Source: an uncultured Verrucomicrobiae bacterium (lineage in GTDB: Bacteria; Verrucomicrobiota; Verrucomicrobiia; Chthoniobacterales; UBA10450). From it: a stretch of DNA of 64,000 bases. The DNA is taken from assembly GCA_963756875.1 (NCBI GenBank), contig CAVWPA010000003.1, positions 992,001 through 1,056,000 of the forward strand, written 5' to 3'. Positions 30,483 to 40,311 of this stretch are shown one piece after another (within the stretch, counting starts at the first letter, position 1; each line of letters starts with the position of its first letter). The position numbers were made by a program, and so were the translations under genes. The notes under the pieces were generated by a model. It was not told where the DNA came from and searched no databases. It saw nothing but the letters and a program-made list of their open reading frames with translations.

Positions 30483-31607
30483 CTAATCATAAATCCCGTC
30501 GACCTTCCACGTTCCGTCGCTTTCATGAGCGCGAATCACTTCGCCATCCTCCAGTTGCAGGTCCCACTCGGCGCGCGCCCACGATTTTTCGTCCCACCAA
30601 TTGCCGGAAAGCGAATAAGGGCCTCGCTGGTTCGCGATGTTGCCGTTGACTTTCGCGCTCTGAAGAAAAGCGGGAATATTTTCCGAAATAAAAACCGACG
30701 CAGGGGCGGCTGATCGAAATCGGCGCAACGCTGCACCTTCCCTCACCGCCGTGCCACAGGACGTTCGCTTCTCCCTCTCTCCCGCTGGGAGAGACGGACG
30801 CGAAGCGCCAGTGAGGGTAAATGAGCGGGGTGGGGAGAGGGGAGGGTAAGGGCCATCAGTTCCATTCGCGTTCGCGCTCAAATTCCACATAAACGGTTCT
30901 ATCCGGAACGCGTCCGGCCGATGTGTTTCTTCCAAAACAGGCGTGCCCACCCGGTCCGCGCCAAGCAACGCGCTCAAACGCGCAAGTGTTTCATAGAGTC
31001 GATGTGGATTGCGCAACGACGTCTCGAACAATCCAAATTGCCGCGAGGCGGGCCGGATTGGCTGCGCGATTAACGCGACAGCAACGATCGGATGGTTCGC
31101 TTTGAAATTTTCCAGATGCGTCTGGAGCATTCGGAAAAGAAGATCGACATCATTGGTCGGCTCCGGAATTTTAAAAACGCGTTCGTAAATCTGCTTGTCC
31201 GTGAAAGCGATCCGCAGGGTCAGTTCCTTGCTGACGAGATAGATGCTGCTTAACCGCAACGCGAGCTGTTCCAAAAACCGCCGCAGCATAAAAAAGAGCG
31301 GCTCCGCCGTTTCGATCTCGTTTTCGAATTCGAAACTTTCCTCGAACGACTCCGGCGGTTGGACAAATTGAAGTAATCGAGTGGAGTGGCCATTGGCGCG
31401 TTCCCAAAGCCGGGCCGCTTCGGGGCCAAGTCGCGCACGAAGCTCCTCTTTATCCAGCGCAGCAAACTGGCCGAGCGTGTGAATCCCCCACTTGTGCAGG
31501 ATGCCGAGGATCTCTTCTGTAATTGCGCGTTGGCCTCCGGCTCGGAGAGCCATACGGTTCGGAAAGGCGTTGTCCCTTCTGGCCCTTCTTAAATTAGAGC
31601 GCTCCAT
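30483..31607 (-). CDS. imuB: ImuB-like protein, N-terminally truncated Y-family homolog
   Basis: WGIHTLGQFAAL HhH, QFGLF clamp-type motif, HRPD, GPY.LSGNWW...GIYD tail; upstream of dnaE2; start 31607 or 31553. Confidence 0.8.
   Translation of the reverse strand: MERSNLRRARRDNAFPNRMALRAGGQRAITEEILGILHKWGIHTLGQFAALDKEELRARLGPEAARLWERANGHSTRLLQFVQPPESFEESFEFENEIETAEPLFFMLRRFLEQLALRLSSIYLVSKELTLRIAFTDKQIYERVFKIPEPTNDVDLLFRMLQTHLENFKANHPIVAVALIAQPIRPASRQFGLFETSLRNPHRLYETLARLSALLGADRVGTPVLEETHRPDAFRIEPFMWNLSANANGTDGPYPPLSPPRSFTLTGASRPSLPAGEREKRTSCGTAVREGAALRRFRSAAPASVFISENIPAFLQSAKVNGNIANQRGPYSLSGNWWDEKSWARAEWDLQLEDGEVIRAHESDGTWKVDGIYD
30740..30852. repeat. CCCTCACC composite palindromic element, inside the imuB reading frame
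   Basis: Shares GGGAGAGACGGACGCG.AGCGCCAGTGAGGGTAAA with the intergenic copies at 45267 and 60411. Confidence 0.88.
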
Positions 31608-31636
31608 GCGCCCAAATTAAGCAAAGCAAGGAAATA

Positions 31637-31650
31637 TGTTCAAGCGAACA
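31637..31650. promoter_or_regulatory. LexA (SOS) box, Verrucomicrobia type TGTTC-N4-GAACA
   Basis: TGTTCAAGCGAACA about 30 bp upstream of imuB-dnaE2. Confidence 0.85.
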
Positions 31651-31685
31651 TTTCGGCCAGGGCAGCCGGAAATCTGGTTCCGCCG

Positions 31686-33632
31686 TTATTTTTGGCCAAG
31701 CAGCCTCGCTTTCACGTCGTCCGGGAGCGACGAGTTAGCGACCCAGGTTCTCGCGGCGTTCGAATCGGTGTTCAACCAGTTGCGAACGACGGCTTCGACC
31801 TGGCTATTGCGCATTCCTTCATTGCCAATGCTCTCTGCCCATTGCACCGCACTGGATGGATCGGACCTGGCGATGCGGCGCGCATACGCCGTGACTGCCG
31901 CGTCTCGCGAATCGCTTTGCGGCAATTCGCTTAACCAGGTGCCGGCGCCGTAAGTGTCGATTTCCGACCAGCGATTGATCAGGCTCTCAAAGGCGCGCTG
32001 CCGTGTTATGCCTTCGGGCAGGGTGAACGCCCATTTGCTGGCGGCCTGGGGATCGTTACCCGCCCACTGCCAGGTGACGGCGTTTACTGCCATTTGCTGC
32101 GCCGCCGTGGACAAGCGGGTGAGCATCTGTGCAGCTTGCGACGGATCCGTTTCCGCAACGGCCGCAAGAATGTTCGGCAAAGCGGCGTCACGGGACGCGC
32201 TGTCGGGCAAGTTACTTGCCCAGGCAAGTGCTGCCTGAGGATCGGCGCGCGCCCAATGTGCGGCAACATTCTGAAGTAAATTTTTGCGCCCGTCGTTGTC
32301 CGCCGTGTGCAGAGCGAAATCGGCAGCCGCCCGGGGATCGGTATCGCTCCATTGCGAAATAATGGTGTTGGTGGCGGCTTGTTCCGCAGCGCTTTGCGGA
32401 AGTTTTTGAACCCAGGCGAGGGCTGTCTGGAGATCACTGTTAGCCAGTTGCCAGGCAACCGAGTTTATCGCCGTCTCCCGCGATTTGCCCGGCGCCAACG
32501 AAAGCACGTAATCGGCGGCGGCCGAAGGGTCCGATCGCGCCCAGGTTTGCAACACATTACTGATTGCGCGCGTTTGCCCATCGCTTTTCGGCAATTCCTG
32601 AACCCAATCCATGGCCGCGCGTGCGTCTGTTTGCGCCCACTGACGAGCGACGTCGCCAATTGATTGTTCGCGAGCCGAACCAAACGGAAGCGACAGGGCT
32701 ATTGCCGCAGCTCTCTCCGGATCGCGATTGGCCCAACTGGAGATAACGCTTTGCAGGGCGCGATTGCGTTCCTTGCCGGCCGTAAGCGAGCTTGCCCACG
32801 TGAAGGCTGCTTCCGGGTCCTGCGCCGTCCAAGTTGCCGCAACAGCTTGCAGGGCGCTGTCGCGTCCGGCCCCCGGTGAAAGCCGGCTCGCCTGTTCGCC
32901 AGCAGCAAGAGGATCGCTCGCAGCCCAGCTGTTGAAGATCGACGAGTAAAGACTTTGCCGACTCCGAATTGGAATGTTCTGCAGGAGATTCAGCGCCGTT
33001 TGGGGATCTTTTTGCGCGATCGCGCCAATGACCGTCTGCATGGCCTGATCGTGCATCGGGCTCGGTGGCAGTTGTTTGACCCAGGCTAACGCGGCATTAG
33101 CATCGTTTTCGGCCCAGCCGCTCATTGCGCTGCTTACCGCGCGATTGCGCTCCGGTCCGGCCGGCATTTTTTGTGCGAAATTTACGGCATCGGTGGGATT
33201 AAATTCCGCCCACCGCGTCATCACGAGCGCGAGCAGAAGACCTTTGTCCTGCTGCTTGGGCACGCTCTGCGCAAGGTTCAAAACTTCCGCCAGGTTGCTC
33301 GCATCGACGGAGTCCACCAGTTTTGACAGCGTCGCGTAGATGTGACGGCTGAACGGATGAGCGAGCGCGGCCTGGATTGCCGAAACAATGTTTTCACTGG
33401 AAGCATCGCCCGGTTCTTTCGCTCGATTAGTTGAGTCGACCGCGCTGGTTGAAAGGCGCTTTTTGTGCTGCCCGGCTACCGCCTCAAATGAACCCTGAGA
33501 TTCTGTGTCAGAATTGACCGACGATTTGGAAGCGCGGGCGACCTTCAAGACAGGAAACGCGTAATGCCCGATCGCGATCCCAGTGAGAAAAGCGGCCGCT
33601 ACCGCAAGGACCGGCAATCGCATTCCCTTCAC
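31686..33632 (-). CDS. Membrane-anchored alpha-solenoid repeat protein
   Basis: N-terminal TM; many W-A-x-x-D-P-x-A-A-x-x-W repeats of about 28-30 aa. Confidence 0.8.
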   Translation of the reverse strand: MKGMRLPVLAVAAAFLTGIAIGHYAFPVLKVARASKSSVNSDTESQGSFEAVAGQHKKRLSTSAVDSTNRAKEPGDASSENIVSAIQAALAHPFSRHIYATLSKLVDSVDASNLAEVLNLAQSVPKQQDKGLLLALVMTRWAEFNPTDAVNFAQKMPAGPERNRAVSSAMSGWAENDANAALAWVKQLPPSPMHDQAMQTVIGAIAQKDPQTALNLLQNIPIRSRQSLYSSIFNSWAASDPLAAGEQASRLSPGAGRDSALQAVAATWTAQDPEAAFTWASSLTAGKERNRALQSVISSWANRDPERAAAIALSLPFGSAREQSIGDVARQWAQTDARAAMDWVQELPKSDGQTRAISNVLQTWARSDPSAAADYVLSLAPGKSRETAINSVAWQLANSDLQTALAWVQKLPQSAAEQAATNTIISQWSDTDPRAAADFALHTADNDGRKNLLQNVAAHWARADPQAALAWASNLPDSASRDAALPNILAAVAETDPSQAAQMLTRLSTAAQQMAVNAVTWQWAGNDPQAASKWAFTLPEGITRQRAFESLINRWSEIDTYGAGTWLSELPQSDSRDAAVTAYARRIARSDPSSAVQWAESIGNEGMRNSQVEAVVRNWLNTDSNAARTWVANSSLPDDVKARLLGQK

Positions 33633-33633
33633 G

Positions 33634-35617
33634 TTAGATAACTTCGACAGGACAGCCAGGTAGCGCGCTCAAAAATGCGCGGCCGTACGGCTTGGTCACG
33701 ATCCGGTTGTCGAGAATGACGATGATTCCACGGTCGGTTTTGGTGCGGATCAATCGGCCGACTCCCTGCCGAAGTTTCAGGACCGCTTCCGGCAGCGAAT
33801 ACTCGGTGAACGGATCGCCGCCGCGTTCCTGGATGAGCTCCAGTTTCGCCTCGATCAGCGGATGATCGGGCACGGCAAATGGAAGCCGCGTGATGATGAC
33901 ATTTGAGAGCGCCTCGCCGGGAACATCCACGCCCATCCAAAAACTGTCCGTGCCGAAAAGAACGCTTCGCGGCGTGGTTTTAAATTTTTCCAACAACTGC
34001 CCGCGCGGCATGCCGCCGCCCTGCACAAGAAGATTCATTTCCTTGCTCGCGAAAAAATTCTGCATTTGACCGGCCACCTGATGCATGTCGCGATAGCTTG
34101 TAAAAAGAACGAAAGCGCGACCGCCGGTCTCTTCGACAAAACGCGCGATCCAATGTTCCAATTCTTTTTGGTAATGACCGTCGCGCGGGTCGGGCATTTT
34201 TCGCACGACAAAAAGCTTCATCTGCTTTTGGAAATTGAAGGGACTGCCAAGCTGCAGCGGCTCGGCCTCGGTTGCGCCGACGCGCTCACGGAAATAGACG
34301 AGGTCGGCGCGCCCCACTGCCAGCGTTGCACTCGTCATGATGCAGCAGCAGTTCTCCCGGAAAAGCATCCGCCGCAGGACCGGAGCGAGATCGACCGGGA
34401 GCTGCGTTAAGAGAAAGGAATTGCGCCATCTTCCCCGTGCGTTCGACCCAATAGACGTTCTCGGGCTCGCTTTGCTCGAGAAAAATGGCGATCCCATTGC
34501 GTGCATCGCGAATTCGCCGGCCAAGGTCCTGTAGTTCGGCCTTCAGAAATTCGTCATTGGCAAGCTTCGCCACATCGGCCACGCGCATCTGCAGCGCCGC
34601 GAGGTCGCTGGTAATCGTGTCCGGAACGAAATCAACGTCGCGCACCCGGAACTCGCGCCCCTTTCGAAAGTCCGATCTCGAATCGATTGCTGCGAAGAAT
34701 TTATCGGCTTTATCGACCAGGTCCGCGGCCAGTCTCACGCCATTGGCGTCGCGCATGACCGTAAAGAGCCCTTTGCGGGTGCGCGCGTTGTAGAGACGCT
34801 GGATTGTCGATCGTAGACCGTATTGCGAAATGCCGATACCGATCTGGCGCGAGGCGACCTGCTCCACGGTGTGCGCTTCGTCGAAAATGATGAAGTCGTC
34901 CGGGAAAAGAAATCCACTTTCGCGCCCTTCCTGTTCGTCCGGACTGCCGAGCAGCATAAAAAGGAGCGTGTGATTCATCACAATTACGTCCGCTGCAAGA
35001 AGGCGTTTTCGCGCCTGCTGGTAGAAGCACCTCGGATTTTGCCCGCAGGTTTTTTGAGTGCAGATGTGGGCCTCGCTGCAAACTTGCGTCCACACTTTAG
35101 GGTCGGGCTCAATCGAAAGGTCGCTGAGGGAGCCGTCGCGAGTCGTGCCGGCCCATTCGGCGAGCCGATTCAGTTCGTTCTGCTCGGGGCCTGTGAAGAG
35201 TTCGTTCGATTGTTGCAGAGCACGCTCCAGCCGCCGGGGGCAAAGATAGTTCTGCCGGCCTTTCATCAGCGCCGCCTCGAACTCGTCCGGCAACGTCTTC
35301 TTCAAAATCGGGATGTCTTTATATAGAAGCTGCTCCTGGAGATTGATCGTGTGCGTCGAAACGATCGCTTTTTTGTGCTGGTCGATCGCGAACAGGATCG
35401 CCGGAACCAGGTAGGCAAGCGACTTGCCGACGCCGGTGCCTGCTTCGACGACCAGGTGCCGCCCTTCTTCCAGCGCGCGCGCCACCGCGACCGCCATTTC
35501 TTGTTGTTGGGGGCGGAACTCGAAGTTTTTCGCTTTCGAGAGCAACCCGTCGGCGGCGAAGATTGCGCGAACACGCTCCACAAAGTCGGTACCGAGATTA
35601 TTTTTGAGAGCGATCAT
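33634..35617 (-). CDS. DinG/YoaA family helicase, apparent frameshift near 34395
   Basis: EAGTGVGKS, KGRQNYLC, DEAH in one frame; TSATL, LFTSY, GVDVPG, QGVGRLIR in the other. Confidence 0.9.
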
Positions 35618-35623
35618 CGTCGC

Positions 35624-35769
35624 CGAAGCACCAAGCACCAATCTCCAAACCCCAGGGAAACTTCAATCACCAAAATCCAAACAAACTTGAAAAGTTGAAC
35701 CCACGCAGATTTCTGGAATTTGGAATTTGGAGTTTCCCTGGAGCTTGGTGCTTGGAGTTTGGTGCTTCG
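35624..35769. repeat. Inverted heptamer array (AGCACCA / TGGTGCT)
   Basis: agcacca-agcacca-atctcca-aacccca ... tggaatt-tggaatt-tggagtt...tggtgct. Confidence 0.85.
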
Positions 35770-35813
35770 CATCGGTGGTTGCGTTAATTTAAGCTGAATT
35801 GCAGGTTGTGCCG

Positions 35814-36953
35814 ATGCGCCTTCTTGATCGCTACGTTCTTCGGAATTTTTTGCAGGCCTATCTTTACTGCATAGTGGGCTTTATCTCCATCTGGTTCATT
35901 TTCGATCTTAGCGACAACATTTCGACGTTCATCGATCAACACATCGGGTTTCTCACGGTTCTTCGATATTACGGGACACAGGTTCCGCAGATTCTGATTA
36001 TTCTTTTGCCGGTGTCGCTTTTGCTCGCGCTTCTTTTTTCTTTGGGACGGATGTCCCGCTCGAATGAAATTGTTTCGATGCTGACCGCGGGCGTAAGCAT
36101 CCCGCGTGTTCTTCTGCCTCTGATCGGCATCGGCCTGCTTACGGTGGCCGCCAGTATGGCGTTAAACTATTCGCTCGCGCCACACGCCGAGCTGGCGCGC
36201 AAAACATTTCTTACCACCGCGCACTCGCGCCGCGGTTCAATGATCGAGGGACAAATTTTTCGCAATCGAAAAGACGCGCGAACCTGGTTTATCCAGAGTT
36301 TCCGGCCGGGTCACGACCAGTTCAACACCGTACAGGTGCTGCAACAGGATGCGCACGACAGCATCATCGTTAATTACCTGGCCAAACGCGCCGTTTATCA
36401 TCCCGAAAACAAAACCTGGGAACTGCAGGAAGCGAAGGTGGTGCGTTACGATGCAGCCGGCAATATTCTCGACGAACAATTTTATCCGTCCCTCAAAATC
36501 AACAAATGGGACGAAACGCCGTTTCGTCTCGGCAGCGCCAACGTGCACGCGGAATTTCTGAGTCTGCCCGAATTGCGGGAATATCTTCGTTTCAATTCCG
36601 ATTTTCCCTCGACCCTGCTGGCCCCGTTCCGCACGCATTTGCAATACCGGCTGGCGCTTCCATGGACCTGTCTCGTTGTTGTCTGCATCGCGGCGCCGCT
36701 CGGTATCGGCTACTCGCGGCGCGGCGTGCTGGCGAGCGTGGCCAGCGCCGTCATTCTGATCTTCTCCATGAATTTTCTTACTCACCTTTTTCTCGCACTG
36801 GGTGAAGGCGCACGTATTTCACCGCTGGTGGCCGGTTGGACGCCCAATCTCCTCTTCGGCGCAATCGGACTCTACCTGCTTTACTTGAGGGCGACGAACC
36901 GCGAAGGCCTGAGCTTTCGTCTCTTCCGCCCGCGGCGTATCGTTGCCCGATGA
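35814..36953 (+). CDS. LptF/LptG family LPS export permease
   Basis: LLDRYVLR, SNEIVSMLTAGVS, WTPNLLF. Confidence 0.88.
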   Translation: MRLLDRYVLRNFLQAYLYCIVGFISIWFIFDLSDNISTFIDQHIGFLTVLRYYGTQVPQILIILLPVSLLLALLFSLGRMSRSNEIVSMLTAGVSIPRVLLPLIGIGLLTVAASMALNYSLAPHAELARKTFLTTAHSRRGSMIEGQIFRNRKDARTWFIQSFRPGHDQFNTVQVLQQDAHDSIIVNYLAKRAVYHPENKTWELQEAKVVRYDAAGNILDEQFYPSLKINKWDETPFRLGSANVHAEFLSLPELREYLRFNSDFPSTLLAPFRTHLQYRLALPWTCLVVVCIAAPLGIGYSRRGVLASVASAVILIFSMNFLTHLFLALGEGARISPLVAGWTPNLLFGAIGLYLLYLRATNREGLSFRLFRPRRIVAR

Positions 36954-37453
36954 ATCCGCTGCCGAACGAGTGGGCGATCAAGCATCGCGGCGATGTCTGC
37001 GCGGCTACGCAACGGCCGTTCGAGCCGGGCGAATATTTTTACACACTGCTCTTCCACGACGCCGATGGTTACCGTCGCGAAGACCTGAGCGAAGAGGCAT
37101 GGGCGAAACGGAACGAAAATATTCAGCCGTTTTCATTTTGGAAAACCCGCTACGAACCGTTGCCGCCGCCTTCGCCGGAGCCTTTGGCAAAAGAAAACGC
37201 CGAGCAACTTTTCCGGCGCCTCATGGCATCGGAGAACCCGCCGGCAAACGCCTGCTACGTGCTGGCCGCGATGCTCGAACGCAAACGCGTTTTGAAACAG
37301 ATCCGGAGCGAACATGCTGCAAACGGAAGGGTGTTAATCTATGAACACGGAGCGACCGGCGACGCCTTCATCGTGCCCGATCCGCAATTGCGACTCGATG
37401 AGCTCGAAAATGTGCAGAATGAAGTCGCACAGCTGCTCAGGAGCGCAGGGTAG
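36950..37453 (+). CDS. Conserved hypothetical protein
   Basis: ATGA-coupled to the permease; RREDLSEEAW, FSFWKT, YVLAAMLERKRVLK. Confidence 0.75.
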   Translation: MNPLPNEWAIKHRGDVCAATQRPFEPGEYFYTLLFHDADGYRREDLSEEAWAKRNENIQPFSFWKTRYEPLPPPSPEPLAKENAEQLFRRLMASENPPANACYVLAAMLERKRVLKQIRSEHAANGRVLIYEHGATGDAFIVPDPQLRLDELENVQNEVAQLLRSAG

Positions 37454-37463
37454 GTGACTCTGT

Positions 37464-37583
37464 TCCGGGGAGCGCACGCGCCCCCGCGTGCCCGTTGCGG
37501 CGCCTCGCCGCAATGTTCGCCGGGAAAAGTTCGCGATGGAGGGGGCGCCATCGCCGGCACGCGAGGCGCGTGCGCTCCCCGGA
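37464..37583. repeat. GGGAGCGCACGCG palindromic element (intergenic copy)
   Basis: TCCGGGGAGCGCACGCGCC...GGCGCGTGCGCTCCCCGGA. Confidence 0.9.
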
Positions 37584-37659
37584 GTAGACGCGATCCTCAC
37601 TGGAGGGCTTCATGTGCATTCCGATGCGGAGGCAGCCATTTTGTGACAGAATAGGCTTC

Positions 37660-38718
37660 ATGCATTCCGCCTTGCCCTGGTTCTCCGAAGGTTTTCCGCT
37701 TTTTCTCGCGCCCATGGCCGGGGTGTCGGACAAAATCTTCCGCCAACTTTGCAAGGAACATGGCGCGGATGTTCTCACCACGGAATTCGTATCTGCCGAA
37801 GGGATTTTCCGGCGCAACGAACGCACGCAGAGGTATCTCGATTTCGATGAAGTGGAGCGGCCAATCGGCGTTCAACTTTTCGGCGCGAATGCCGGGCACA
37901 TGGCGGAAGCGGCGCGACAGGTAGCGGAGTGGGTGCGGCCCGATTTTATCGACCTCAATTTTGGTTGCCCGGTCAACAAGGTCGTTTGCAAAAACGGCGG
38001 CTCGGCATTGTTGAGAGACTGTTCAACTTTGGAAAGCGTGGCGAAATCGGTCGTTCACGCCGTCGATCCAACGCCGGTTACAGCAAAGATCCGGATTGGA
38101 TGGGACGCGGGATCGATCAACGCCGTGCGCGTCGCGCGCATTCTGGAAGACGCCGGCATCGCTGCAATCGCTGTGCATGGGCGCACCCGCGCGCAAGGCT
38201 ATTCGGGCGCCGCCGATTGGAGCACGATCAGCGAGGTGGCCGCCGCGGTCCACATTCCCGTTATTGGCAATGGCGATCTTTCCGGTCCCACCGATGTGGC
38301 GAGACGACGTCGCGAAACCGGAATTGCAGGGGTAATGATCGGCCGCGCGGCGATGAGCGCGCCGTGGATCTTCCGTCAGACGAAACAATATCTCGCTACC
38401 GGTGAGATTACCGATTCGCCGGGACTGCCGGAGCGCTGGAGCCAGATCCTCAGGCATTGCCAGCTCGCCGTGCGCGCCTGGGGCGTGGAGGAACCGGCCA
38501 TCCGTTCCATGCGCGCGAGGCTGATGGCTTATTCGCGGTCCATGCCCGAGGCAAAACGATTGCGCGAGAAATTCTCGCACGTTTCCACGCTTGCCGAAAT
38601 TGAAACCATCGCTCAGGAGAATATCTTTCGGGAATCTGTTGCGGAACCTGTAGGGGAAGCTGCCTCGCTCGCGAAGCCTTTCGGAGTCAGCCTCCCTCCC
38701 GCTCCGACAGCTTGCTAG
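37660..38718 (+). CDS. dusB: tRNA dihydrouridine synthase
   Basis: LAPMAGVSD, DLNFGCPV, KIRIGW, HGRTRAQ, GNGD, MIGR. Confidence 0.9.
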   Translation: MHSALPWFSEGFPLFLAPMAGVSDKIFRQLCKEHGADVLTTEFVSAEGIFRRNERTQRYLDFDEVERPIGVQLFGANAGHMAEAARQVAEWVRPDFIDLNFGCPVNKVVCKNGGSALLRDCSTLESVAKSVVHAVDPTPVTAKIRIGWDAGSINAVRVARILEDAGIAAIAVHGRTRAQGYSGAADWSTISEVAAAVHIPVIGNGDLSGPTDVARRRRETGIAGVMIGRAAMSAPWIFRQTKQYLATGEITDSPGLPERWSQILRHCQLAVRAWGVEEPAIRSMRARLMAYSRSMPEAKRLREKFSHVSTLAEIETIAQENIFRESVAEPVGEAASLAKPFGVSLPPAPTAC

Positions 38719-38719
38719 G

Positions 38720-39088
38720 ATGACTGAATCACCACCAATCAATTACAAGATCGGCAACGAACGCCTGATCAAGGTGACAGAAAGGGCGTCGCGTAAATTG
38801 ACTTCGCTGTTGGAAGCGCAAAATCGCTCGAACGGCGCGCTGCGGCTGGCTGTGATCGGTGGCGGCTGTTCCGGTCTGCAATACAAGATGGACCTGGTGA
38901 ACGGTCCGGCCGAGCGCGATATTCTCGTCGAGAGCTCAAACGTTCGAGTCGTGGTCGATCCAAAAAGCGCGCTCTTTGTCAGCGGCTCGGTGCTGGATTA
39001 CAGCGACGATTTGCAAAAGGGCGGGTTCCAGGTCACCAATCCAAATGCCGTCTCGCATTGCTCCTGCGGGCAAAGCTTTTCGGCCTAG
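38720..39088 (+). CDS. Fe-S cluster assembly A-type carrier (IscA/ErpA/HesB)
   Basis: GGGCSGLQY, NPNAVSHCSCGQSF. Confidence 0.93.
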   Translation: MTESPPINYKIGNERLIKVTERASRKLTSLLEAQNRSNGALRLAVIGGGCSGLQYKMDLVNGPAERDILVESSNVRVVVDPKSALFVSGSVLDYSDDLQKGGFQVTNPNAVSHCSCGQSFSA

Positions 39089-39091
39089 GCT

Positions 39092-39144
39092 GGTAGGGAC
39101 ATCGCGCTGCGCCGACCGGGACGCCGCAGCGCGACGTCCCTACC
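39092..39144. repeat. REP-like element GGTAGGGAC...GTCCCTACC
   Basis: Inverted termini shared with 27095-27158. Confidence 0.8.
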
Positions 39145-39196
39145 TGAGCATCCTGTTGGCTTGCCTGTACGGGCAAAGAGGTCTAAAGCATTGGCC

Positions 39197-39889
39197 GTGA
39201 TCGACTACATCCAAAAGGGGGGGCTTCTCATGTGGCCCATTCTCGTTTGCAGCGTTATCGCCATCGCGGTTTTTGCCGAGCGTTTCTTTTATCTGCATCG
39301 GGCCACGATCCATGTGGGCGAGTTTTTAAAGGGCCTTTCCAACCTGGTTCAGCGCCGCAATTTTGCGGAGGCATTGCACGAATCGGCCGGGACGCCGGGG
39401 CCGGTCGCTCGCGTGATTCACGCGGCCATTCTCCGGCACGATGCGCCGCGCTCGGAGCTGCGCGAGATTGTGCAGGAAGCGGGACAGCTCGAGGTACCGA
39501 AGCTGGAACGTTTTCTCGGTGTGCTCGCAACCATTGCTTTCCTGACGCCATTGCTTGGTTTGCTCGGGACGGTCGCGGGAATGATCGAGGCCTTCGGGAT
39601 GATCACTTCGCATGGCGGTTACGCGACGGTGACAGAGCTTTCCGGCGGCGTTTACAAAAGTTTGTTGACGACTGCCGCCGGGCTGGTCGTGGCCACGCCC
39701 ACCTTTGTCGCCTACAGTTATCTCTCGTCGCGGGTGAACACCATGTTGCACGAAATGGAGCGGGCGGGAATCGAGATTGTGCACATGTTGAAGGACAGTG
39801 AGGCTCTCAGCAGCATCATCAGTTTTCAGGCGCCATCTGAGAAAGCCGGGTCTCAGCGGGAAGTATCGTCGCGACCGTCGGATCGATAA
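39197..39889 (+). CDS. MotA/TolQ/ExbB proton channel
   Basis: GGLLMWPI, PLLGLLGTVAGMI, LLTTAAGL. Confidence 0.92.
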   Translation: MIDYIQKGGLLMWPILVCSVIAIAVFAERFFYLHRATIHVGEFLKGLSNLVQRRNFAEALHESAGTPGPVARVIHAAILRHDAPRSELREIVQEAGQLEVPKLERFLGVLATIAFLTPLLGLLGTVAGMIEAFGMITSHGGYATVTELSGGVYKSLLTTAAGLVVATPTFVAYSYLSSRVNTMLHEMERAGIEIVHMLKDSEALSSIISFQAPSEKAGSQREVSSRPSDR

Positions 39890-39906
39890 CTGTCCAGCGC
39901 GTTGGC

Positions 39907-40311
39907 ATGAAGCTTAGCCGCACGAAAGATTTTAATTTCGGCTGGCTCATGGTGGTTCCCGCCATCGACGTGGTGTTCCTGTTCATTTTCTTTCTCCTGC
40001 TCAGCTCGAATTTTATTTTGCAGCCGGGAATCGCCGTTTCATTGCCTTTCTCACGCTTCACGCTCGGTCCGCAGCAGAACCAACAGATTATCAGCATCAC
40101 CGGCGGCGCAGTTCCGGCCATTTACTTTCGAGACCAGAAAATCACGCTCGCACAACTCGGACCGCTGCTTGACGCGGCCAGGCGCGAAAACCGGTCGGTG
40201 ATCATCAAGGCAGATCGCCTCACGCCGTACGAGTTGGTTGTAGCCGTGACCAACGCCGCGCTCGAACACGGGATCCCTTCCGTTGCCCTGGCCACTGCCC
40301 CGCCAAAATGA
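39907..40311 (+). CDS. ExbD/TolR family protein
   Basis: PAIDVVFLFIFFLL, IIKAD. Confidence 0.9.
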   Translation: MKLSRTKDFNFGWLMVVPAIDVVFLFIFFLLLSSNFILQPGIAVSLPFSRFTLGPQQNQQIISITGGAVPAIYFRDQKITLAQLGPLLDAARRENRSVIIKADRLTPYELVVAVTNAALEHGIPSVALATAPPK

